Positions 1 through 11,800 of a stretch of 64,000 bases of DNA are shown piece by piece (the first letter of the stretch is position 1; each line of letters starts with the position of its first letter). Location of the stretch: contig JAHFCE010000016.1 of NCBI GenBank assembly GCA_023249675.1, forward strand, positions 247-64,246. The letters are read 5' to 3'. Source of the DNA: Elusimicrobiota bacterium (GTDB taxonomy: Bacteria; Elusimicrobiota; Elusimicrobia; UBA1565; UBA9628). The translations under genes and the position numbers were made by a program. Below the pieces are notes generated by a model. The model saw only the letters and a list, made by a program, of their open reading frames with translations. It ran no database searches and was not told the DNA's origin.

Positions 1-342
1 TTCTACATGGCCGACATGATCCCCAACTCCGAGCATTGGCGCCTGTCGATCGCCGAGGGCATGAAGCTCCAGCACGACATCATGGGCTACCTGCCCGGTT
101 TCGCCACGCCGCGCGTGACCGTCGACGTGCCGTATGTCGGCAAGCGTTGGATACATCAGCTCGCCGACTACGATCGGGTCAAAGGCATCTCGTACTGGAC
201 CAAGAGCTACCGCACCGGCATTGAAACCGATGATGCGGGCGCGCTCACGCGCCGCTACGAATATCTGGACCCCGTCTACACCTTGCCCCCCGAAGGCCAA
301 GACTTCTGGCGCAAGCACCAGAAGTCGGCCCTCGTCGCCTAA
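1..342 (+). CDS. KamA-family radical SAM (lysine 2,3-aminomutase-like), C-terminal part, truncated by window start
   Basis: Frame open from base 1; GYLPGFATPRVTVDVPYVGK resembles the KamA C-terminal GxxxPxxVxDxPGGGK segment. The CxxxCxxC motif is not in the window. Confidence 0.65.
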   Translation, partial: FYMADMIPNSEHWRLSIAEGMKLQHDIMGYLPGFATPRVTVDVPYVGKRWIHQLADYDRVKGISYWTKSYRTGIETDDAGALTRRYEYLDPVYTLPPEGQDFWRKHQKSALVA

Positions 343-896
343 TGGCCTTCAACTTCACTCCGTATGGCGGCCTCGAAGGCCTGCTCCTCGTCGAAGGGTC
401 CTTTTTTCCCGATGAGCGCGGATTCTTCTTTGAGTCGTTCCGCGCCGATGAGTGGGCCAAGGCCGGCCTGCCGCCGCTTCTGCAGGACAATCTGTCGCGC
501 TCAAAAAAGGGCGTCGTGCGCGGCCTCCACTATCAGACCCCCCCTCAGGCGATCGGCAAGCTCGTGCGCTGCGCGCGCGGCCGGATCTTCGACGCGGTCG
601 TCGACATCCGCCGCAAGTCGCCGACCTACGGCCAGTCCGCCGCGATCGAGCTCGATGATGCCGGCAACCGCATGTTCTGGGTGCCCCCAGGCTTCGCGCA
701 CGGCTTCTGCGCGTTGAGCGAAGACGCGGTCGTCTCCTACAAAGTGACCGGCTACTGGAGCAAGGAAGTCGACGCCGGCATCCGCTGGAACGACCCCGCG
801 CTCGGCATCCGCTGGCCGATGCCCCTCTCCGAAGCGCTCGTGACCGCCAAGGACGCGGCGCTTCCCCTGCTCGCCGACGCCGCCAGCCCCTTCTAG
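342..896 (+). CDS. rfbC: dTDP-4-dehydrorhamnose 3,5-epimerase
   Basis: DERGFFFE, QDNLSRSKKGVVRGLHYQ, WVPPGFAHGF, IRWNDP motifs. Confidence 0.95.
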   Translation: MAFNFTPYGGLEGLLLVEGSFFPDERGFFFESFRADEWAKAGLPPLLQDNLSRSKKGVVRGLHYQTPPQAIGKLVRCARGRIFDAVVDIRRKSPTYGQSAAIELDDAGNRMFWVPPGFAHGFCALSEDAVVSYKVTGYWSKEVDAGIRWNDPALGIRWPMPLSEALVTAKDAALPLLADAASPF

Positions 897-898
897 CG

Positions 899-1987
899 TT
901 GGCCATCTCGTCCGCTCTGCTGATCGAACAGGTGCGCATGGCAGCACCCTTTCTATTCGACGGCCCCGAGCCCCCGGGAGCCGCTCTGCGCTATCTGCGC
1001 GTGCTGCGCGGCTACAACGGCCGACCGCTGAACGCCCTGGACTACTACGAGCTGTGCCTGTGCGCGCACTGGGCCACGGCCGGCAGCTTCGTGCCGACCG
1101 ATGTCGACAACGGAATTCGCTGGAAGCACTGGCAGGACGCACAACCCGGCCTCATCGAGGAACAGGCCAAGCTCGTGCTCGAGGCGCTCACCTGGGACTA
1201 CGCTCCGGTCACCGCCCGCATCGCGGGAGAGGGCCCGTTACGCCTGTCCACGCATGAGGGCACCTGGTTCTCGGTCGCCGTCGGCGCCTATGCCGCCTGC
1301 CTCGAGATCCGGCCCGGTGTCTCGAAGATCGTGCTCGACGCGATGATCGACGAAGCTGCGCGCGAGGACGCCGCCTTCGCGGCGATCACGAAGGCCGGCG
1401 ACGCCCTTGAAATTCTCAAGGCCTCGGCGCTGATTGCCCACAATTTCGGCGACCTCTCCCGCGTCGCCGACCAGTGGGAACTGAAGGCCGACGATGCACT
1501 TCGCGTCTCTTTGTACGAGGCGGCAAAGCCCGCCTCGCCTCTGTTCGGCGGACGCCTCGGGCACGCCGGCGACCTCAACAAACGCTTCATGAGCGCTGAC
1601 AACCACCGGCATTATCCTCTGCGCGCCGCAAAGGGCCTGCGCAAATCCGCGGATCTGCTCCTTCCTGTCGGCCCCTTCTTCGACGCCTGGGGCCGCCGCG
1701 TGGGCCGCCACCCAGGCCTTTCGCCCGAGGAAGTCGCCGAGGCCGTGCGCGCCCTGACCGACGGCTGGGTGCGCCTGCACGAGCCTGCGGGCTACGCGCG
1801 CGCGCTGTCCGGCATCCTCGAGGTGTTCGCGGGCGGACGCCGCGCGCTCGGCAAGCTCCTTCCCGCGAAGGACCTGCGCATGCTCGAGTCGGGACCACTC
1901 AAGGCCGCGCTCGACGTGCCGCAAGCACGGTTTGAGGCCCAATGGGCCAACCGCGTGACCAAGCTCCACCTCGACAGGAAAAGCTAG
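899..1987 (+). CDS. hypothetical protein, His/Glu-rich motifs
   Basis: 362-aa ORF tightly packed between rfbC and the ABC ATPase; motifs CAHWAT, STHEGTWFS, AHNFGDLSR, DNHRH; no family recognised. Confidence 0.7.
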   Translation: MAISSALLIEQVRMAAPFLFDGPEPPGAALRYLRVLRGYNGRPLNALDYYELCLCAHWATAGSFVPTDVDNGIRWKHWQDAQPGLIEEQAKLVLEALTWDYAPVTARIAGEGPLRLSTHEGTWFSVAVGAYAACLEIRPGVSKIVLDAMIDEAAREDAAFAAITKAGDALEILKASALIAHNFGDLSRVADQWELKADDALRVSLYEAAKPASPLFGGRLGHAGDLNKRFMSADNHRHYPLRAAKGLRKSADLLLPVGPFFDAWGRRVGRHPGLSPEEVAEAVRALTDGWVRLHEPAGYARALSGILEVFAGGRRALGKLLPAKDLRMLESGPLKAALDVPQARFEAQWANRVTKLHLDRKS

Positions 1988-1996
1988 AATACGGCG

Positions 1997-2728
1997 ATGC
2001 TCGTCGCCAAAGGACTGTGCAAGACGTTTCATGGCCGGCAGGTGCTCAGGGGAGTGGACTTTGAGGCCGGGCCGGGCGAGCTGATCGTCATCGTGGGCCG
2101 CTCCGGCTGCGGCAAGTCCACCTTGCTGCGCTGCCTCAACGGCCTTGAGTTGTTCGATGAAGGCTCCATCCGCTTCGGCAACCTCGTCCTCGATGGGGGC
2201 CGCGACGACCGAAAGATCCGGGCCCTGCGCGCGAATTTCGGCATGGTCTTCCAAAGCTTCAACTTATTTCCCCATCTCGACCTCCTCGGCAACCTCGTCG
2301 CCGCGCCCATGATCGTCAAAGGCATGTCGCGCAAACAGGCCGAGGCCATCGCGCTTCCACTGCTTGAAAAAGTGGGGCTCACCGGCCACGCCCGCCACTA
2401 TCCGGGGCAGATGTCGGGCGGCCAACAGCAGCGCGCCGCGATCGCCCGCGCTCTGGCGATGTCGCCCACGGTCATGCTCTACGACGAGCCCACCTCGGCG
2501 CTGGACCCTTGGCTCGTCGATGAGGTCTTCGACGTCATGCGCAAGCTCAACGCCGAGGGCATGACCCAGATCGTGGTCACGCACGAGACGCGATTTGCCC
2601 GCGAGGTCGCGCGCGAGATCGTGTTCATGGAAGACGGCGGCGTCGTCGAAAAGGGGGCGCCCGAGCAAATCTTCAACCGCCCACGCGACCCGCGCACGAT
2701 CAAGTACATGAGCCGGTTCGCCGCGTGA
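1997..2728 (+). CDS. polar amino acid ABC transporter ATP-binding protein (GlnQ-like)
   Basis: Walker A GRSGCGKST, GMVFQSFNLFPH, signature MSGGQQQR, LYDEPTSALDP, H-loop VTHE. Confidence 0.95.
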   Translation: MLVAKGLCKTFHGRQVLRGVDFEAGPGELIVIVGRSGCGKSTLLRCLNGLELFDEGSIRFGNLVLDGGRDDRKIRALRANFGMVFQSFNLFPHLDLLGNLVAAPMIVKGMSRKQAEAIALPLLEKVGLTGHARHYPGQMSGGQQQRAAIARALAMSPTVMLYDEPTSALDPWLVDEVFDVMRKLNAEGMTQIVVTHETRFAREVAREIVFMEDGGVVEKGAPEQIFNRPRDPRTIKYMSRFAA

Positions 2729-4233
2729 CGCGCTCCGGGACGGCCCTGCTCCTGCTCGCCTGCGCCCTGAGCGCTCGCGCCGCGCCCGTTAAGACCGGCG
2801 TCCTGCGCTGGGGCGGCGACTCAGCCGGGGGCGCGCCCTTCGTCTTCCAAGATCCCAAGGATCTCGCCAAGACCGTTGGTTTCGAGGTTGATCTCGCGGA
2901 GGCGCTCGCCGCCGAGCTTGGGCTCAAGGCTCTGTTCGTCCAGAATCAATGGGACAGCCTGGTTCCCGGCCTCAAGCGCGGCGACTATGACGTCGTCCTC
3001 AACGGGCTTGAGATCACCGAAGACCGCAAAGCCGAAGTGGAGTTCTCCGAGCCCTACTACCTGACCTACGAGGCCTTGACGGTCCGCAAGAATTCCGACG
3101 ACATCGCCGCCCTCGCCGATCTCAAGGGCCGCCGGGCCGGAACGCTCAAGGGCGCTTTGGCCGAGAGACTCCTCGCGCGGATTGCCGGCGTCGCCGTGGT
3201 CGGCTACGACACGCAGACGATGCTCTACGATGATTTAGCACTCGGCCGTATCGACGCCGTCCTGCTCGATCACCCGGCCGCCGTCTATTACGCCATCGAC
3301 CCGCGTCTCAAAAACCTCCCCGGCCGCTTCGGCCGCATGGCCTACGGCGCGGCCATCCGCAAAGGCGACGCCCAGCTGTTGGCCCGCGTGAACGCGGCGC
3401 TCGCGCGCCTCATGAAGTCGGGGCGGCTGCGCGAGATTTACGAGCGCTGGGGCATCTGGAATCCGGTCATGGCCGCCGCCTTCGTCGATGACCATCCCGA
3501 GCGGCGCGCCGAAGCCTCCGCCTACGCCGGCTACCTCGCCGCGCGCGGCGTGCGCCTGGGATGGCGGGCCAAGCTCGCCAAATATGCCGGTTACGTGCCG
3601 CTCCTCGCCAAGGGTGCTGTGACGACCGTCGAGCTCTCCCTTCTGGCGATGGGCATCGCCGTCGTCCTGGGCTTGGCGCTCGCGCTGATGAAGCTGTACG
3701 GGCCGATGCCCGTGTCGGCACTCGCCACGGTCTACGTGGAGGTCATCCGCGGCAGCCCGCTCCTCATTCAGCTTTTCCTCATCTTCTACGGCCTGCCCAC
3801 TCTCGGCATCAAGCTCCAGCCCTTCACGGCGGCCGTCCTGGGCCTGGCGCTCAACTACGGCGCCTACGAGGCCGAGGTCTATCGCGCGGGCATCCAATCC
3901 ATCCCCCACGCGCAGATGGAAGCGGCGTTCGCCTTGGGCATGACTCGATGGCAGGCCTTGCGCCACATCATCATCCCCCAGGCCCTGCGCGTGGTCCTGC
4001 CACCCACGACGAATGATTTCATCGCCTTGCTCAAGGATTCCTCGCTTGTGTCCGTGATCACCATGGTCGAGCTGACTCGCGTTTACGGCCAGCTCGCCGG
4101 ATCGACCTACGACTACATGGGCATCGGGATTCTGACGGCCCTGATGTACGTCCTCATCGGCCTGCCCTTCGTGCGCCTCTCGCGCTGGGCGGAGGCGCGA
4201 TTGGCCGTGGAGAGAAGGCCGAGAATTTCCTAA
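2725..4233 (+). CDS. fused amino acid ABC substrate-binding protein plus permease
   Basis: Signal peptide, family-3 SBP (GFEVDLA, FSEPYY) followed by HisM-type permease (IRGSPLLIQLF, AEVYRAGIQSI, LKDSSL). Confidence 0.93.
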   Translation: MTRSGTALLLLACALSARAAPVKTGVLRWGGDSAGGAPFVFQDPKDLAKTVGFEVDLAEALAAELGLKALFVQNQWDSLVPGLKRGDYDVVLNGLEITEDRKAEVEFSEPYYLTYEALTVRKNSDDIAALADLKGRRAGTLKGALAERLLARIAGVAVVGYDTQTMLYDDLALGRIDAVLLDHPAAVYYAIDPRLKNLPGRFGRMAYGAAIRKGDAQLLARVNAALARLMKSGRLREIYERWGIWNPVMAAAFVDDHPERRAEASAYAGYLAARGVRLGWRAKLAKYAGYVPLLAKGAVTTVELSLLAMGIAVVLGLALALMKLYGPMPVSALATVYVEVIRGSPLLIQLFLIFYGLPTLGIKLQPFTAAVLGLALNYGAYEAEVYRAGIQSIPHAQMEAAFALGMTRWQALRHIIIPQALRVVLPPTTNDFIALLKDSSLVSVITMVELTRVYGQLAGSTYDYMGIGILTALMYVLIGLPFVRLSRWAEARLAVERRPRIS

Positions 4234-4241
4234 GGAGAACG

Positions 4242-5600
4242 ATGACCATGGGACAGGACCTCAAAGCCGCGAAAGACACCTCCGCTTACGTGCTCGGCCT
4301 CATCGGCAAAAAGACGCTCACCGCCGGCGAGAAAAAGAAAGTCATCGCGGAGTCGGTCAAGTACTGGATCGACCACGTCAACGAGGGCTTCCTCAAGTAC
4401 CGCAAGTCCGTCAGCACCGACTACACGGCCGTCGAGTGGGAGGACGACGGCGCCGTCTTTCGCGACATCAACGGCAAGGAATTCATCGACATGCTCGGCG
4501 GCTTTGGCGTCTACGTCACCGGCCACCGCCATCCCAAAGTCCTCAAGGCCGTCCTCGACCAGCTCAAGCGCCAGGGCATCCACTCCCAGGAACTCATCGA
4601 CCCTCTGCGCACTTATCTCGCCCGCCTCGTCTCGCTGATCACGCCCGGCGACCTCAAATACGCCTTCCTCACCAACTCCGGCACCGAGTCCGTCGAGGGC
4701 TGCCTGAAGATGGCCGTGCTCACCACGGGCCGGCACAAGTTCATCGGCGCCATCGGCGGCTTTCACGGCAAAAGCATGGGGTCTTTGGGCGGAACGTCCA
4801 AGGCGGTCTTTCGCGAGCCCTTCTTGCCCCTCTTGAACTGGTCGCACGTGCCCTTCGGCAACGTCGACGCCTTGAAGACGATGATGGAGTCCTGCGACTT
4901 CTCCGGCGACCGCGTGGCCGCCGTCGTGCTCGAGCCCATCCTCGGCGAGGGCGGCATCGTCGTCGCCCCCCCCGGCTACCTCGCCGCCGCGCGCGAGCTG
5001 TGCGACAAGTACGGAGCCATGCTCGTCTTCGATGAAATCCAGTCGGGCATGGGACGCACCGGCAAGATGTTCGCCTGCGATCACGACGGCGTGGTTCCCG
5101 ACCTCATGGCGCGGGGCAAGGGCTTCGGCGGCGGCATCATGCCCATCGGCGCATGCGTGGGCACGGCCAAGACCTGGGAGCGCTACATCGACAACCCCTT
5201 CCTGCACACGACGACTTTCGGCGGCAATCCCCCCGCGTGCGCGGCGGCCATCGCCACGATCAACGTGCTGCTCGATGAGGACCTGCCCCGGCAGGCCGCG
5301 GAGAAAGGCGCCTACTTGCTCAAAGCGCTCGCCGCTTTGGCCGCCAAATACCCAAAAGCCCTCGTGCTCGCGCGCGGACGCGGCCTGATGCTCGGCATGG
5401 AGTTCGCCGACAACGACCTGGGCTACGAGGTCGCCAAGCAGCTCTTCAGCCGGAGCATCTTGATCAGCGGGACCTACATCAACGCCCGAGTCCTGCGCCT
5501 GGAACCCGCCCTGACGATCAGCCGCGCGCAACTCGACGTCTTCCTCGGCGCGCTCGAGGACTCCCTCAAGGCGGTGTGCAAGGCGCGCGGGCTTAAGTAA
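4242..5600 (+). CDS. patA: putrescine aminotransferase (class III PLP enzyme)
   Basis: FIDMLGGFG, HSQELIDPLR, NSGTESVE, DEIQSGMGRTG, GKGFGGG (PLP lysine), TTFGGNP, matching E. coli PatA/YgjG as I recall it. Confidence 0.85.
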   Translation: MTMGQDLKAAKDTSAYVLGLIGKKTLTAGEKKKVIAESVKYWIDHVNEGFLKYRKSVSTDYTAVEWEDDGAVFRDINGKEFIDMLGGFGVYVTGHRHPKVLKAVLDQLKRQGIHSQELIDPLRTYLARLVSLITPGDLKYAFLTNSGTESVEGCLKMAVLTTGRHKFIGAIGGFHGKSMGSLGGTSKAVFREPFLPLLNWSHVPFGNVDALKTMMESCDFSGDRVAAVVLEPILGEGGIVVAPPGYLAAARELCDKYGAMLVFDEIQSGMGRTGKMFACDHDGVVPDLMARGKGFGGGIMPIGACVGTAKTWERYIDNPFLHTTTFGGNPPACAAAIATINVLLDEDLPRQAAEKGAYLLKALAALAAKYPKALVLARGRGLMLGMEFADNDLGYEVAKQLFSRSILISGTYINARVLRLEPALTISRAQLDVFLGALEDSLKAVCKARGLK

Positions 5601-5627
5601 TCTCGTCGCCACCTCGAGTCTATCGAT

Positions 5628-5746
5628 GAAAATTCCCGCGTTTTCTTAAAAATAATAGCGCAAAAACAAACACTATTCGCATCTCGCGCGAGATACGAAT
5701 AGTGTTTGTTTTTACTGACTTATTTTTTCAATTTCGCGGGAAATTC
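5628..5746. repeat. AT-rich long imperfect palindrome between convergent genes (possible bidirectional terminator)
   Basis: Perfect 18-bp arms 5662-5679 / 5696-5713 (AAAAACAAACACTATTCG) around palindrome ATCTCGCGCGAGAT; outer arms 5628-5640 / 5735-5746. Confidence 0.8.
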
Positions 5747-5841
5747 AGATGTTATCGCCGTCGATCGGTACCCGCTAAATCTTGTTCGTAGTCCGGCCGC
5801 CGGTCAATGCACCGGTGTCTTGGCGGGTGGCCGCGGGATGA

Positions 5842-8800
5842 TTAGGACCTGGGCACGTCGTCGGGAAGGATGTCCGGAAGATCTCCCTTCGGCTCGGCGC
5901 CGCGGCGCGAGAATGACGGGTTGCGCGCGTAGGCGATCGCGCGCAGAGCCGCGGCGGCGAACATCGGCCGCATCCGATTCGTCAGCATGTCCTGAAGCTT
6001 GGAGGGCTTCGGCGAACCGTCGGTGTTGAGGCCCTGCGAGCGCGAGTACTCCTCGAACTTGCCGCTGCGAATTAAAGCGCGCGCCCAAGCGTCGGGCGCG
6101 CTGAAGTAGGACTGTTCGTTTTTAGGCGCGACGTCGCCCGGAGACTGATTCATCAGTCCCTCGAGGGCTCCCAGCGTGTCGGCGCCGCCGGCCAAGGCGG
6201 CGGCCGCGACGTAGGCGTACAGAATCGGCCAGCTCGAGTCGCGGCTGGAGTTGCCCACGCCGCACGCATCGAGGTAGCGCTTCATCGCATCGCCAAGCCC
6301 GCGCGTGAGGCCCTCGCGGGCGACGATCGCGGCCCACGCACGCGACATCTCATAGCCCGTGCGTGAATAGCTCGTTTGCGTCTTCATCATGTTCTTGAGG
6401 CGGTTGAGGGCCACGTCACCCGTTTCTGTCTCGCCCGCGAGCTTGAGCGCGGCTTGGCGCACGGGTTCGGCGCTGTTCTCGCCCCAGAGCGCTGTGTCCC
6501 GGAAGATCCGACTCAGCTCCTCCTCGCGTCCAAGGCGCCTCATCATCGCGAGGTAGCCGTCGGCGTCGGACTGGGCGCTGTCGATGTCGACGGGCATGCC
6601 GACCGCGCCGAGCGCACGCTTGGCGGCGTCGGTGATGTCGGTTGAACGGCCGGTCTGCATCGAGAGCGCGCGGATCAGCGCCGAGCGTGTCGCGGCGAGG
6701 CCCAAGCGCGTGTAGATCGCCGACAGCGCCGAGACGAGCGCGCCGTGGACCGGAACCTCATAGTGCGTGGTGTCGGTCACACGACGAGCCACGTTCTCCA
6801 ACATTTCGACGTCCTCGGCGCCGCCGAAACGCTCGAGGATCAGCGCGGCCGTCATGGCCAGCGGCCAATCCGCGCCCACTGTGGCCTTGGCGTTCGCGAT
6901 CATGCCTCCCCACGTCATCGTTGCTTCGACGTCCCCGACCCAACCCTTCGCCTTGATCCACTCCCGCGCGGCCGCGAGGTCCGCGGGCGAGGCGAGCAGC
7001 GCATAGCCCTCGGCCGCGGCGATCCGGATCGCGTGGCCGTCGCGCTCGTGGCTTTGGAGACGCGACTGATCGATCACTGTCATCAGAAGCTCCCGGGTCT
7101 TGGCCATCTCCCGAACCTGATGCGGCGTCGCGGCGGGCCTATCGCCAGACTTTGCCGCGACAGCTTTGGGCTCCGCCGCGGGCGCTGGTGCTTCGCGCTT
7201 GATCTCAATCCAGATCTGGGTGCCTTCGGGGCCGGTCTTAAAACCCATGCGCGCGCCCGGGATCGCCGCGAGGCGGCGATACACGTCGAGCAGGTTATGG
7301 TCCCACAACAGGCGCGCGCTCAGGTTCAGACCGTTGGCCTTTTTCTGGGCCTCGAGGTAGGAGGCCGCCGGCGCGCCGCTGAAGTGCATCTCGAGAACCC
7401 GCTGATCGTCCTCCGACAGCGTGTACGCGCCGCCGATCGCGATCTGGATCACGTTCTTATTGGCGTATGAGGCAACCGTGACCGGCGACGTCGCGCCGGC
7501 CTTCGTTGCCTGCTCCTTGGCGAGCTTGATGATGAGCTTGATCCAGCCTTCGCCCGGACCGGAGACCGGACCGTTGAGAGCCTCCAGAACATCCGCAGGC
7601 CAGCCCAGCAACGGCACCGCGCCGATAAGTCCTTTGGCGAAAAAGCGCGCCGCCGCGTCCTTCTTCTGCGCGTTATTGTGATCGACGTTGCTTGTTGGGC
7701 CGTTCACCGCGAGCCCCATTCCCGGCGCGAAAAAGGCCTTCGTTCGGGATGCGGCCGCGTCGTCGGCGGTCCCCGCCGACGATTTTCCCGTCATAGGCCT
7801 CGCTTTGCGCATAATCTTGTCGAACAGATTCTCGGAAGGTTCCTCCCCCGTGCCGTCGCCCGAGAGGCGCTCGATCAAGGCAAAGAGCTCGGCCGCGACG
7901 GCTTCGGAGGCGCCCTGAACCGTCGCGCGCGCCGTGTTCTTCTCCGGCTTCGGACTCGCCGCAAAAGCGATCTTGCCCTCCGCGTAGACGACCTTGATCA
8001 GCGCGCCGCGCACGTCCTTCTTGCCCGCCTCGGCTTCCTTCAGAATCCACTGCGCGAGAGGGTCGATGATGTGCTTCTCGATGGCCGCCGTCATCGGCCG
8101 GGCGCCGTACAAGGGAGAGTAGCCCTCGACCGCGAGGAAGTCCACGACCGACGGGTCGAACTGAATCTCGGTGTCGTGCCGGTCGATCAGAAGCTGCGCG
8201 AACTCCTTGAGCTGGATGCTCGCGATCTTGGCGATGTCCTCGGGCCGCAGGCGATTGACGCGGATCCACTTGTTCTTCGACAGCGGGTCCTCATCGAGGC
8301 GGTTTAAGAACTCGGGGCGGAAGCGTTCCTTAATGGATGCACCGACCATGAGGTCGATCTCCTCGTCCCAGAGCTTGTTGATCTCCGCGATCTTATTATG
8401 GTTCTCCGCCTTGGCGAGCAGCTTGGCGTACTTCTCGCCGTCCACGCCCGACATGCCGCCATTGGAGGTCATGATGATGACGGTGTTCTTGAAATCGACG
8501 GTGCGGCCCTGACCATCGGTGAGGCGGCCGTCGTCCAAGATCTGCAGAAGCACGTCGAAGACCTTGGGATGGGCCTTCTCGATCTCATCGAAGAGGAGAA
8601 CGGAGTAGGGTTTCTTGCGCACGGCCTCGGTGAGCTGCCCGCCCGCCTCGTAGCCGACGTAACTGGGAGGCGCGCCGGTCATGCGCTGCACCGTGTGCTC
8701 CTCCATGTACTCGGACATGTCGAGACGAATCATGGCGTTGGGATCCTTGAACAGAAAGCGCGCCAGCTCCTTGGCGAGGTAGGTCTTGCCGACACCGGTC

Positions 8801-11800
8801 GGGCCGGTGAGCAGGAACTTGCCCATGGGGCGGTTCGGGTTCGAGAGGCCGGCCTTGTTGCGGCGCACGGCGTTGGCGATCGCCGTCAGGGCCGGGTCCT
8901 GGTTGATGACGCGCCGGCCGATCTCCTCCTCCATCTTCGTGTAGCGTGACGCGTCGTCCTCGCCCAAGTTCAGCTGGCCCGAGGCGATGCCCGTCTTGGC
9001 GGCGATCACCCGCTTGACCACATCCGTCGTGACCTGGCCCTTGCCCTCGGCCACGGCCTCGCGCTCGGCGTAAAGGGCCTCGGCCTTCGCCACGAGGGCC
9101 GCGATCTTGTTGTAGAGGTCCACCGGCAGCGCCAAGATGGACGCGATGCCCTTGTCCACGAGCGCTTGGCGCGCCTCGTTGACGGCCAGTACCACCTCGC
9201 CCCACGTCTCGCGCAGGTCAAGCGTGACCGCGGCGCGCAGGTTGTCCGGGCGGGAGAGCTCGGCCGCGTCCTGCACGGCCTTGATCGCCTTGTCCGGGTT
9301 GAAGTTCGTCTTGTCGAACTGGTCGGCGAGCTTGGCCGCCGACACGAGCGCCTCATCCGGGATCACGGCGTCGTGCAGGCTCTGCAGCCAGGCCTTCATC
9401 GCGCGCAGAATCGCGATCGTCTGCGGAACGGTCGGCTCGGCCACGTCGATCTTCTCGAAGCGGCGGCGGAACGCGTCGTCGGTCTCGATGAACTTCTTGT
9501 ACTCCGCGCTCGTCGTCGTCGCGATCACCGAGATCTTGCCGTCGCGCAGAGGACCCTTGAGCGTGTTGGCGATCTTCTGGCCCGCTTTATCGAGGAAGAA
9601 CTTCTGGATCTCGTCCATCAGAACGATGATGTCGTTGCCCCGCGACGGCCCGCCCGTGTTGAAGCGGGGCAAAAGGTCGAGGATCGCGGACAGGAGGCCG
9701 ACAGGATCCTCATCGGTCAGAACTTTGTTGATGTCAAGCTCGACGAGCCAGCGGCCCTTGAGGCGCTCAAACTGCAGAAACGCCTGGCTGTCGGCCGCGA
9801 CGGCGGCCTCGGCGTCCTCGATCATCTCAGCCAAGCCCTCGGCGACGGCGGTCTTGCCCACGCCCGCCTCGCCCACCAGGATGACCGAGTTGCGCATCCC
9901 GCGCGGAGACGTCACGATCGGCAGCATCCGCTTGACCTCGTCGTTGCGCGAAACGATCGGCGGGCGCGGCGCGTCGGGCTGATGCGCGAGCGGCTTGAGC
10001 AGCACGGTCAGTTTCTGGATCTGCGGGTCGGTGAGCTTGCTCTTGCCGTCGCTGAGCGTGACGTTCTGCAGGTACTCCAGCCAGGCCTGCGCTGGATCGC
10101 GGCGGGCGGCGGCGACCTCGGGCCGGCTTTCCTCAACGGCGGCGGGCGGCGCCCTGCGGCTCAGCTCGGGCTCGCCGGGCTGCTCCTGGAAGGGACGCAC
10201 GGACTCGGCCGCGGAGTGCGGCGCCGCGGTTTCGTCGGCGAGCATCTCCAAAGTGGCGCGCACGCCCGCGCCCTCCGGAACCTCGAACAAGGCGGTTCGC
10301 TCGGAGCCGCGGAAATTCGGGTGGACCAGGCGCAGGCGGCGCACCTCGGCGTAGTCCTTGATCGCCTCGGCGCTCATGTCCTCGCGGAACTCCACGAGAA
10401 TCGCGCGCACGTGATCGTAGCTCGGAGCGTTGGGGTAGGGAGGCGCGTCCTCGATCATCGCGGTGGCGACGTTCGGGTGGACCTTGACGGCCGCGACGCT
10501 CGCCTCGGCGGCCAGCGCGACGGCCGTTGAACGCGCCTCCTCGGCGCTCTTGGCGGACACGGTGTACATGTCGTTCTGGCGGTACAAAGTGCCCTGGCCG
10601 TGGCGGGAGAGGGCCGCGCGGATGTCGGCCTCGTCGGTCCCCGAGAGGAACCTCGCCAGGACCACGTTCGCGCCATACTCGGCCTTGCCGTGGTTCGTCA
10701 CCTTCGCGGGCAAGGTCGGCGGCGGCAGGAGGATGCGCTTGACGTCCGCGGCCACGCCGACGCTGCGCACGTCCATCCTCCCGGCGATCTCGCGAGCGAT
10801 CTCGGCGGCACGGCGCACGTCGGAGACAGAGATCTTCCAAGCATGCGCCGAGATATTCTCGTGCGCGCCGTAACCGGCGAGGATCGCCCCGAATGCCTCC
10901 GCATCGTCCGAGGAATCGAACACGTGGATCTTGCCCTCCATCCCCTCCTCGCGGACGATCTTCGCCGCCCAATTCGGATCTGCGGGCGGGACGGGCGCAG
11001 GCTCCGCCTGCCGCACGGGCGCTTGTCCGGTCATCATGGCGGCAACGGCGAGATGTACGTGGACGGCCTCGACGCTCGCCTCGGCGGCGAGGGCGAGGGC
11101 CTTCTCGCGCGCCTGCTCGGCGCTTGCAGCGATCAAGGTCTGCATGTAGCTGGAATAGGCCACGACATCTAGACCGTGGCGAGCCACGAGTGCGTGGATA
11201 TCAGCCTCGGAAGTCGCCGCGGAAAACTTCACCCGAAGAACCTTCACGTCGCTGTGTCCAACCTCACTGTAACTGGCGATCTTCGCCGGTAAAGCCTGCT
11301 GCACGGGCACGACAGCGGCAGCGGTTCGGTAAATATGGACAGCCTCCACGCTCGCCTCGGCGGCAAGGGCGACGGCCTTCTCGAGCGCCTGCTCCGCGCT
11401 CGCCGCGGATAGGGTCTGCATGTGGCTGGAATAGAGCACGACATCCAGGCCGTGGCGAGCCAAGAGTGCGTGGATATCAGCCTCGGCCGTCCCCTCGATG
11501 AACTTCACCCGGATCGTCTTCGTGTTATGCTCAATACGCCCTTCGTGGATCACGATCTTGGCGGGCAAAGCCGGCTGCACGGACGGCGCGGGCGCCGACT
11601 CGGAGACCGTCTCCGCGGGCACCGCGCCCATCAGGCGGTCGTGTACGGCAGGCGAGACAAAGACGTACCTGATGCGCACGTCCCCCGCAAGCTCACGCAC
11701 GAGTTCTCTGGCACGGCTCATATCGAAGAAGCTCATCTTCCACTCATGGGACGAAACCTGCAGCTGCGGGCCGAAGCCACGCAGTCTGTAGTCAGCGAGA

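Noticed and set aside
5107-5127. Arg before the GK in the PatA PLP motif (MARGK) as a sign of inactivation
   Set aside because: The Schiff-base Lys and other motifs are intact; a single substitution or base error is not informative
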